Assembly (NCBI GenBank): GCA_965220965.1
Contig: OZ244852.1
Span: 2,112,001 to 2,176,000 of the forward strand
Length of the DNA stretch: 64,000 nucleotides
Origin: Candidatus Marinacidobacterium sp.
GTDB taxonomy: Bacteria; Acidobacteriota; Vicinamibacteria; Marinacidobacterales; Marinacidobacteraceae
Direction of reading: 5' to 3'
The notes under the pieces are model-generated. The model was not told where the DNA came from, searched no databases, and saw only the letters and a program-made list of their open reading frames with translations. The translations under genes were made by a program, and so were the position numbers. The first letter of the stretch is position 1. The number at the start of each line of letters is the position of its first letter. Shown in pieces: positions 57,601 through 64,000 of the stretch.

Positions 57601-57615
57601 GGCTGGCCCTTCTGA
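54604..57615 (+). CDS. Omp85-family outer-membrane protein with N-terminal gluzincin-like peptidase and TolB/PD40 propeller
   Basis: GKNKVKY, HELTH...EGLA, SPDG repeats, LRGY barrel motif, C-terminal F. Confidence 0.85.
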   Translation: MTTPSSRFRRRALAAVALVLAGVFAAAPAAAQYFIPFYGKNKVKYDKHDWQVYRSPHFDVYYYPEMEEELGRLVSYAESAYETISDRLKHEIPFAIPLILYKTFSEFAQTNLSPSEIPEGVGAFAESTRDRMVIPIDNPPDELQELFLHELTHIFEFDIVPRSLFRQTVPLWIDEGLATYMEDEWDPLDLMTIRDATIADQIPTFQELNQAFSRSPYSFGASIFYFMEERFGEEGVRQFVFSLRRAVTGGVGEEVYEQAFRMTPEDFYREYKRWMKDRFKPYRDKEIPEDYSVDLSPREGRYVGAISAAHSPSGEVIAVLSGNRRETEYDVVLLSAHDGEVIRNLTPGYAGEFINVVGLTGEDQLIGRNLSWTPDGSRVAFFGKYQKRRALLLADVVESQIVRRIEMPLDRATFPHVGPDGDWVYFSALNNTVSDIYRVNLTTEVIENLTRDDFHDKFPTVSPDGEWLYYSRRISGYDKLYRLRIATGEKEQITFGTFNDISPIFAPNGRDLVYSSDEDDGIFNIRTLDTETGDILQYTDVLGGNFSPSVVEDPRSGEQRLLFTSYYKGNWGLHTLGMDEPVREIFADEILRTSGPVIDFVPTVDHQVISENKREKGRFEKLFLDGPPPIQAGFTSDRDFFGGTAISLSDVLGDDRISFTAYSVRSYRIYNAQYANLAGRFQYALEAHDQTSFFYPALPYYIQSYWSRSDSIGTIRSTGASARSLYPLSRFRRIELGAGYDYQSTGFENPYLQPGQDPLFPTDYVDQYANFYGQIFPTGHLLPVSAAFVQDTIRFRQLGPAVFPQSGSTIYAGLEWSPSGPFLSRTTFNLDARKYFQLTSSSVLAARLKWFHSVGDAPGFFWFGGNGELRGYPLYSFVGNRGGHATVEFRFPIIDAAITPLGLIGPLRGSVFVDAGGAAYADEPLSIYSSERRVSRLGQLCGPRQNSLCISEGAGLADFVASYGFNARIYFLGLPLNFAWSKRTDFATTLDGWKFDFWMGWPF

Positions 57616-57622
57616 GCGCGCT

Positions 57623-58348
57623 TCAGTCAGCTTCCGCGCTGCGGAGAATCTCCCTGACGGCGCCCGGCGCGAGGCCGGGCCCGTCGTGCTTCACGTAGAG
57701 GTAGAGCGTCTCCACCTGGTCGGCCACGCCGGCCAGCGCCGCGCGGAGGGCCTCCTTCTCCGCGTCGGCGTAGGGAGGATCGCGGCGAAGCCGCACATAG
57801 GCGAAGCCTGCGGTGACCGGAATGTCGGGCGCGGAGTCCAGGTCGTGGACCCCGGCCACCAGCGCCACCCCCGCCTCGCGGCAGATGTCCGTCACCGTCT
57901 CCGCACGCCACGAATCGTGGCGGAACTCCAGCGCGAAAGCCCGGTCTGAAGGGAGCTCCTTCAGGAACCCCTGGAGCCGGTCGTCATCGCGTCGGAACCA
58001 CGGGGGACACTGGAACAGCACCGGACCGAGCCGCGTCCCGAGCGGCTCGAGAGCGGTCAGGAACGAGGCCACCGACTCTCCCACATCGAGAAGGCGGGCC
58101 CGGTGGGTGATCCCCTGGTGCGCCTTGATGGAGAACACGAACCCGGGAGGCGCGGCGTCCGCCCAGGCGGCGACGACATCCTGCTTGGGGAATCGCCGGA
58201 AGGTGTGGTTGACCTCGACGGTCGGAAACACCTCGGCGTACCGGGCCAGGAAGTCGCGGGGCTTCGTCCCCTTCGGGTAGAAGGTCCCCACCCATTCCCG
58301 GAACCCGTATCCCGAGGTTCCGGCGAGCAGGCGCAAGGCGCCGCTCAG
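57623..58348 (-). CDS. DUF72 domain protein
   Basis: GTSG...W...FYP, VEVN.TF, LFQCPP, ALEFRH.SW, YVRLR; start estimated. Confidence 0.9.
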   Translation of the reverse strand: MSGALRLLAGTSGYGFREWVGTFYPKGTKPRDFLARYAEVFPTVEVNHTFRRFPKQDVVAAWADAAPPGFVFSIKAHQGITHRARLLDVGESVASFLTALEPLGTRLGPVLFQCPPWFRRDDDRLQGFLKELPSDRAFALEFRHDSWRAETVTDICREAGVALVAGVHDLDSAPDIPVTAGFAYVRLRRDPPYADAEKEALRAALAGVADQVETLYLYVKHDGPGLAPGAVREILRSAEAD

Positions 58349-58794
58349 CTTCTTTCGAACAGCCGCTCGAACCGGGCCCTGGCGTCCCGGTTCGTATCCA
58401 GGCGGCGACCGGTCACGTCCAGCACTTCGATCGGGCGGAAGTGGAGGCACTCGTTCCCGGCCCATTTGTTCGGGATGCGTTCCGGGACCTCCGCGCGGCA
58501 TTCGAACCGCTGGGCGGGATCGAACAGCGAACAGTGGCGACAGGAACGGAGCGCCGTCTTGCAGGTCGGACAGGTCGAACCCACGACGATCGAGACTTCT
58601 CCGGTGGGCCACTGATAGCCGCAGCGACCGCAGCGGGTGACAACGCTCGCCCGTCGGTCCCCGGCGAGCCGGAGCGTGCGGAGCTGTTCGGAGTTCCCGA
58701 GGTCGGCGAGGCGCTCATTCATCTCCCGGTGAAAACGCCGCTGCTCGGGCGTATCGGGACGGCGCTTCTTGCGGCCTCGGGTGCGGTACTTCAA
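58345..58794 (-). CDS. Cys-rich (zinc-ribbon-like) hypothetical protein
   Basis: CGRCG, CPTC, CRHC, RFEC, NECLHF; TTG start estimated. Confidence 0.7.
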   Translation of the reverse strand: MKYRTRGRKKRRPDTPEQRRFHREMNERLADLGNSEQLRTLRLAGDRRASVVTRCGRCGYQWPTGEVSIVVGSTCPTCKTALRSCRHCSLFDPAQRFECRAEVPERIPNKWAGNECLHFRPIEVLDVTGRRLDTNRDARARFERLFERS

Positions 58795-58855
58795 GGATTC
58801 AGAGGGAAACGGAAGAGGGAAACCCCGGGCCTCGAAACCTTCCCGCAACGGGCCC

Positions 58856-59012
58856 GGAGAGAGATGTGGGGCGGCTCCATCCGTGAGATCGGCCGCCGGG
58901 GTCGGGCCACCTTGTGGGAAACCGGTCCGGCCATCCGCCCGCAAACCGGCGCAGCGGACAAGGCCTCGAAGACCCCCGCCGGAGCACTGAAGCTCTGTCT
59001 CCCGACCCGACT
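58856..59012 (-). ncRNA. Candidate structured small RNA (rod-like, possibly 6S-like)
   Basis: Extended -10 TGtTACTCT at 59026-59018; nested long-range pairings; downstream hairpin 58825-58857. Confidence 0.35.
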
Positions 59013-59048
59013 TCCGAAGAGTAACACGATACGCCCGCCGCACGGGCT

Positions 59049-59876
59049 TCACAGCGGCTGGCAGCGGTGACAGAAGAAAGCGGAACGACCGGTGATCACG
59101 GCTCGCTCGATGGCCGCCCGGCGGCAGGAAGGACAGGCCTTCCCCTGCTGGCCGTAAACCAGGAACCGCGTTTCGACTCCCCGGCGTCCCGGCGCGCCCT
59201 CGCTGACGTAGTGGATCTCGAGCCCCCGCGCTTCCCTGATCGTGCGCCGGAGCGTGCTGCGGATCGCCCGGTGAAGCCGTACAGCTTCCTCGGCCGCGAG
59301 CGAATCCGACGGCCTGGCCGGATGGATCCCGGCGCGCCAGAGCGATTCGGTGGCCTGGATGTTCCCGATGCCGGCGATCCGGTTCTGGTCCATGAGCAGC
59401 GCCTTGACCGGGCGCGTCGTCGCCTGAAGCAACCCGAGGAGAAGAGCTCCCGTGAATCGCTTCCCGAGCGGCTCGGGGCCCAGGCGCGCCAGCCGCTCCT
59501 CGTCCGAGGGCCGCGCAACGGAGAACCGCCCGAAGCGGCGCGGGTCCCGGAAGAGGAGGCGGGCGCCTCCCGGAACCCGGAGTCCGGCGCGCACCGCGGG
59601 AGGGTCGGCCTCGGCCGACCGCCGGAGAACCCACTTCCCGGACATGCCCAGATGGGTCAGGAGAGACGGTCGCGGCGCCTCGAGGTGGATCAGCAGGAAC
59701 TTGCCCCGACGGACCACCGCGCGGACGACGGCGCCCTCCGTCGCCTCCCGGAGGAGGGCTTCGGGCTGCCCGCGTCGGATCAGGGGATCCGGCGCCCAGA
59801 GTTCCTCGACCCGTCGGCCGACGAGCCACGACTCGAGGTTCTCCCGCTGGATCTCCGCCTCGGGAAGCTCGGGCAC
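59049..59876 (-). CDS. mutM: Formamidopyrimidine-DNA glycosylase (Fpg/Nei)
   Basis: MPELPE, RRGKFL, HLGMSG, DPRRFG, IAGIGN, C-terminal zinc finger. Confidence 0.93.
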   Translation of the reverse strand: MPELPEAEIQRENLESWLVGRRVEELWAPDPLIRRGQPEALLREATEGAVVRAVVRRGKFLLIHLEAPRPSLLTHLGMSGKWVLRRSAEADPPAVRAGLRVPGGARLLFRDPRRFGRFSVARPSDEERLARLGPEPLGKRFTGALLLGLLQATTRPVKALLMDQNRIAGIGNIQATESLWRAGIHPARPSDSLAAEEAVRLHRAIRSTLRRTIREARGLEIHYVSEGAPGRRGVETRFLVYGQQGKACPSCRRAAIERAVITGRSAFFCHRCQPL

Positions 59877-59897
59877 GGACGGAAGCGTGCTCCGTGG

Positions 59898-61883
59898 TCA
59901 GTCTTCCGCGAAGATCTCCCCGACGGCGCGGAACGCCTGGTCCACCGCCGACTGGGTGTAGGCGTAGGCGCCGGCGTCGGCGTTCGCGATGTGGACGCGT
60001 CCGATGGGGCGCCGCCCGATTTCGTGAGGCGCTTCGCCCTCCGGGAAGGGCGGGTCCCAGAGCGGGTTGTACTCGTAGGAGTATCCGTGAGGCCACCGGT
60101 TCACGGTCAGGCCGAGGATGTCGCGGGCGGGGTCGAAGCCGCCGGCGCCGAGAGCCCGCGCGAGCTGGTCCCGCGTCTCCCGCTCGAACGTCTCGAACGG
60201 AGTGCGGAGCAGCTCGGCCTGCCCCGCCCGGTACTGCTCGCGGGCGCTTCCTCCGGGACGGCAGGGAGTGCGGACGGTGTGGAGCACGATCAGGTCGTCG
60301 GGGCCGCTCGAGAACTCGTAGCCCCCCAGGCTCACGGGGAAGTCGAGCGAGACCGAGGAATGGAACCCGGCCGGGAAATAGATGGACGAGGCCCCGAGCT
60401 CGGCGAAGGACCGCCAGTCGCGCAGCAGGACGTTGCTGTAGACCAGCGGCACCTTCGGCGGATACAGCAGCGCTTCGCGCTGCGCCTCCGGGATTTCCGG
60501 CGTCAGGAACGGGACGACCCGGTTGTAACAGCCGAGCACCACGCGGCCGGCGCGGACCCGGACTTCCGCGCCGTCCGAGACGTAGGTCACGGCGGCGTCT
60601 TCGCTCCCCCCGGGACGCACCCTGACCGCCGTGGAGTTGAGGCGGATCCGGCAGGGAGCGCCTTCCCGGTCCAGCATGCGGTAATCGAGGCGGGCGCGCA
60701 CGATGTCCTCGCCGCTCGAGCCGGGCGCCGCCTCCGGGATCAGCCGGCGCACGAGCAGCCGGGCGATCGTGGCGTTTCCGTCGGGGAAGTGGAAGATGTA
60801 GGGCTCGGGAGTCGGGTTCGGCTTCGCGGTCAGGGTCAGGCGCTGGTGATCGGCGTAGTTCAGCCCCATCGCGTCGAAGCCGGGGTAGTCCATGGCCCAG
60901 AGATCGAGCGCCGGGACGCCGTCGGTCCCCATTCCGTAGAGACCGTGGGTGCGCTGACGGAAGAGAGCCTGGACCTCCTCGCCCATCCCCAGCGCATCGA
61001 GGAAGTCCCGGTAGCTGGTGATTCCGAGCCGGTCCTTCTTCGCCGACTCGTCGAGCTCCGGCCAGGGGTCGGGCGGCGCCTCGAACAGCCGGACGAAGTC
61101 CTCGCGCCCCTGCGGCGAGAACGGGGCGTCCCCCGCGAATTCCTCCGCGGACCGGGAGCCGAAGCCGACGACCAGCCGGTCCTCGGCGAAGTCCTCCCGG
61201 CCGAAGAAGACGCCCCGCCCGAGTCCCCGCGACCGATAGAAGTCGCGGTCGAAGGCGGTGTGGAACAGCTCGAGGTCCACCCCCAGTTCATCGAGCAGAC
61301 CGCGCGCGGCGGCGCTGAAGGTAGCGGGGGAGTCGATGGACTGGGTCCCCCCGTAGCCGATCACGGTGCGCCCCTCGTGGGTGAACTCGTTGCGCCGGGC
61401 GTGCCCGCCGAAGTCGTCGTGGTTGTCGAGGATCAGGATCGACGCGTCGGGGCCCGCCGCCTTCCGGAAGAACCAGGCCGCCGCGAGTCCGCTGATGCCG
61501 CCTCCGACCACGACCAGATCGAAGCGGCCCCCGTCCGCGGCCGCCGAGTCGTCCCAGCCGATGCTCTCCCCGTTCGCGGTCTGGCGACGGACCAGATCCC
61601 GCAGCCGGTGCGCCACCTCGAACGAGCCGGGCTGGCTCCCGCGCAACCCGGTGAGCGCGGGCGGATAGGGCCCGTCGGGCGCCGCCATCTCCGGCGCGCA
61701 CCCGGCGAGGAGCCAGCCCGGGACGCCGGCGCCGAGAGTGGCGACGCCGCCGGCGGCCCCGATCGCGACCGGCAGGCCGTTCAGGAAGTCGCGGCGGGTG
61801 ATCCCCCGGCCCATGCCGAGATCCCGGTCGGAACCACGGCGCGGCGGGTCCGGCCGCTCCCGGCGACGTTCTTGTTCAGCCAT
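59898..61883 (-). CDS. Tat-exported FAD-dependent oxidoreductase, spermidine dehydrogenase-like
   Basis: ITRRDFLNG, YPPALTGLRGS, VVGGGISG, DNHDDFGGHARRNEF, HFPDGNA, VNRWPHGY. Confidence 0.88.
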   Translation of the reverse strand: MAEQERRRERPDPPRRGSDRDLGMGRGITRRDFLNGLPVAIGAAGGVATLGAGVPGWLLAGCAPEMAAPDGPYPPALTGLRGSQPGSFEVAHRLRDLVRRQTANGESIGWDDSAAADGGRFDLVVVGGGISGLAAAWFFRKAAGPDASILILDNHDDFGGHARRNEFTHEGRTVIGYGGTQSIDSPATFSAAARGLLDELGVDLELFHTAFDRDFYRSRGLGRGVFFGREDFAEDRLVVGFGSRSAEEFAGDAPFSPQGREDFVRLFEAPPDPWPELDESAKKDRLGITSYRDFLDALGMGEEVQALFRQRTHGLYGMGTDGVPALDLWAMDYPGFDAMGLNYADHQRLTLTAKPNPTPEPYIFHFPDGNATIARLLVRRLIPEAAPGSSGEDIVRARLDYRMLDREGAPCRIRLNSTAVRVRPGGSEDAAVTYVSDGAEVRVRAGRVVLGCYNRVVPFLTPEIPEAQREALLYPPKVPLVYSNVLLRDWRSFAELGASSIYFPAGFHSSVSLDFPVSLGGYEFSSGPDDLIVLHTVRTPCRPGGSAREQYRAGQAELLRTPFETFERETRDQLARALGAGGFDPARDILGLTVNRWPHGYSYEYNPLWDPPFPEGEAPHEIGRRPIGRVHIANADAGAYAYTQSAVDQAFRAVGEIFAED

Positions 61884-61995
61884 ATCCGTCGCGCCGCATC
61901 TTGTCACAGCCGGCTGTCGTGGCCGGATCCGAGGAACGCGGCCGGCGGTGGCCGGCTCCCGGGTTCGGGAGTCCGCGACGCACGGCGGTCCGGCG

Positions 61996-62280
61996 CTACG
62001 CGGTGATCCAGAGAGGCATACCCAGCGATCGGACAGCGCGCATCACCCGCGAAACCGGGATCGCCGTTCGCCGAGAGCGCCTTGCGGAGCCCTTCGCGGC
62101 TCACCCCGCCTCGCGGGCCAGTCGGTTCATGCGCCCGGAGTGGGCGATGTCATGGAGCGCGGCGCAGATGAGGCTACCGTCGCCCGGGTCTTCCTCCGCG
62201 CAGGCCTCCAGGTAGAGGCGCGCGTCCTCGGGCGTGGCCAGATGCTTCGCAGCGTCCCAGCGGGGGAAGGTCTCGCTCAT
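61996..62280 (-). pseudogene. Addiction-module antidote protein, two frameshifts
   Basis: MSETFPRWDAAKHL..EDPGDGSLI..AL.DIA..LAREAG, shift, SREGLRKALS.NGDPGFA, shift, VMRAVRSLGM. Confidence 0.7.
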
Positions 62281-62284
62281 CTCT

Positions 62285-62437
62285 GTCTCCAGTCTCGGGC
62301 GCCATCGCCTGGATGGGCGTCAGGCACATCTCGTCGAACTCCTTCATCCTCCGCCCGGAAATCAGACCGGCCTCGGCCAGGCTCAGCGCCGCTTCGTGCA
62401 CCGATGCGAACGCCTCGCTCCGGTATCGCCTGGTCAT
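62285..62437 (-). pseudogene. Truncated XRE/HigA-like antitoxin (N-terminal half only)
   Basis: MTRRYRSEAFASVHE...MKEFDEMCLTP ends before any HTH. Confidence 0.6.
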
Positions 62438-62664
62438 GACAACTCTCCTCGAGGCGCCTCTGCGTCGCCGCGGTCATCGCATCGATCCCGCCGTCCACGG
62501 CCTCAAGCCGGAGCCGCCAGGAGGCGACAGAACCTTGCTCCCGGCGCGTCCGCACGCAGAGCCTGACGCAATCCTACGCCGCGTGAACTCCGACGTCGCA
62601 GTGGCGGTCCGAGGCGGTCCGGTAAATTCCCTGAGCCGGATCCATCGTTCCCGGGAGGTCCTCC

Positions 62665-63834
62665 ATGTCCCACTCACTTCATCCGCCCCGGTCGCGGCGC
62701 GAGGCGCTGCGCGTCCTGTCGGCGCTCGCCGCCGCTGCGGCGCTCCCCAAGGGCGTCTTCAGCGCCGAGCGCTTCGGCGCCCTCCAGGAGGAGGCGGTGA
62801 TTCCGTTCACCGACATCCCCGAGGACTTCTCGACGATGCGCGGCGAGTACCCGTTCCGCATCGACCTGCGCGAACTGAGGACCTTCATCACCCCGAACGA
62901 GGACTTCTTCTCGGTCGCGCACTACAACCGGCCCAGCATCGACGCCGCCGACTGGTCGCTCCGGCTGGACGGTCTCGTCGAGCGTCCGCGGACCTTCTCG
63001 CTCGACGACCTGAAGTCCATGCCCCGGGTGGAGCGCACCGTGACCTTCGAGTGCTCCGGGAACCAGGGCATCCGCCATCACGGGATGGTGGGGAACGCCG
63101 TCTGGGGCGGCACGCTGCTGCGGCCGCTGCTCGAGACCGCCCGTCCTCACCCCACGGTCATCGAGACCGTGTTCTGGGCCGCTGACCACGGAACCGAGAC
63201 GATCCGGAACAGCGAGTACCCGCAGGACTTCGCCCGGGCGATGTCCCTCCCGGACGCCCTCGATTCCGGGGCGATGCTGGCGTGGGAGATGAACGGGGAA
63301 CCGCTCCCGGAGAAGAACGGCTACCCGCTGCGGCTCATCGTGCCCGGCTGGTACGGGATCGGACACGTGAAGTGGCTCACCCGGATCCAGTTGAGCGACC
63401 GCCGGCTGATGAACCGGTTCATGGGCCGCGACTACGTGACGATCATCGGCGAGGAGCAGGACGGCAAGACCGTCTGGTTCGAGCGCTCCGTCACCCGCCA
63501 GCGGATCAAGTCGGTCATCGCCCGGGTGACCCGCACCGCGAGCGGCGGGACCAGGGTGTTCGGCGCGGCCTGGAACGACGGCACGCCGATCCGCGAGGTC
63601 CGCGTGCGGGTGGACGGCGGCGCCTGGCGGGCCGCCGACCTGGATCGCAGCGGCAACCCCTTCGCCTGGACCTTCTGGGAGCTCGAGACCGATGCGCTGG
63701 CGCCCGGCGAGCACACGCTCGTCTCGAACGCGGTGGACGAGTTCGGCCGCGAGCAGCCGGCCGACCTGAGCCTCAAGAAGACCTACTGGGAGGACAACGC
63801 CCAGTTCGAGCGCACCGTCATGGTGGCCGGCTGA
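62665..63834 (+). CDS. Molybdopterin-dependent oxidoreductase, sulfite oxidase family (Tat)
   Basis: SRREAL Tat motif; FECSGN, GNAVWGG, MNGEPLP..NGYPLRLIVPGWYG..VKWL. Confidence 0.9.
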   Translation: MSHSLHPPRSRREALRVLSALAAAAALPKGVFSAERFGALQEEAVIPFTDIPEDFSTMRGEYPFRIDLRELRTFITPNEDFFSVAHYNRPSIDAADWSLRLDGLVERPRTFSLDDLKSMPRVERTVTFECSGNQGIRHHGMVGNAVWGGTLLRPLLETARPHPTVIETVFWAADHGTETIRNSEYPQDFARAMSLPDALDSGAMLAWEMNGEPLPEKNGYPLRLIVPGWYGIGHVKWLTRIQLSDRRLMNRFMGRDYVTIIGEEQDGKTVWFERSVTRQRIKSVIARVTRTASGGTRVFGAAWNDGTPIREVRVRVDGGAWRAADLDRSGNPFAWTFWELETDALAPGEHTLVSNAVDEFGREQPADLSLKKTYWEDNAQFERTVMVAG

Positions 63835-63849
63835 GTCGGCGAGGTTCCG

Positions 63850-64000
63850 GTGCGACGCCGCTCGGTGCTGATGTCCGCCGGGGGCGCCCTGGTCGGGGCG
63901 CTCCCGGGAGCGCGGGGCGCGTCACCGGCCCAGCGCCTCCGGAGCCGGATCGGCGTCGTGGGCGCGGGCATCCTGGGATCCTCCATCGCGTGGCGGCTGG
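63850..64000 (+). CDS. FAD-dependent oxidoreductase (3' partial, Tat signal)
   Basis: MRRRSVL...IGVVGAGILGSSIAWRL Rossmann motif. Confidence 0.75.
   Translation, partial: MRRRSVLMSAGGALVGALPGARGASPAQRLRSRIGVVGAGILGSSIAWRL

Noticed and set aside
58856-59012. Identification as tRNA, tmRNA, RNase P, SRP or c-di-GMP riboswitch
   Set aside because: Diagnostic motifs (T-loop/CCA end, GAGGAAAGUCC, SRP GGAA loop, GEMM consensus) not found
59067-62006. Very long antisense ORFs (also 13379-15733, 35987-38353, 16155-17783, 55489-56943)
   Set aside because: Shadow frames opposite well-supported genes, expected at this GC content; no recognisable motifs

Overview
High-GC bacterial window. Its gene content (CRTAC1/FG-GAP proteins, TPR proteins, carboxypeptidase-domain TonB-dependent receptors, GWxTD protein, NHL/PAL lipoprotein) is typical of Acidobacteriota; a host-associated lineage such as a sponge symbiont is only an inference. 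Housekeeping genes (polA, dprA, mutM, ogt, cyclophilin, CoA-transferase, aminotransferase) are interleaved with envelope genes and many small accessory pieces: orphan antitoxins, toxin remnants, AAA ATPases and an orphan salicylate synthase. No tRNA, rRNA, CRISPR array or transposase was recognised. The most unusual signals are: (1) four copies of a 180-249 bp non-autonomous element whose paired ends co-vary from copy to copy, whose terminal-stem mismatches are all A-C (G-T/G-U wobble on the other strand), and which carries 0-4 nested ~18-bp GTRG (REP-like) modules at four sites; (2) a tandem array of membrane-anchored coiled-coil genes with variable 11-aa repeat number, into which two of these elements inserted; (3) a candidate ~150-nt structured RNA downstream of mutM; (4) repeated toxin loss with antitoxin retention. 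Family names come from motif recognition, not database searches.
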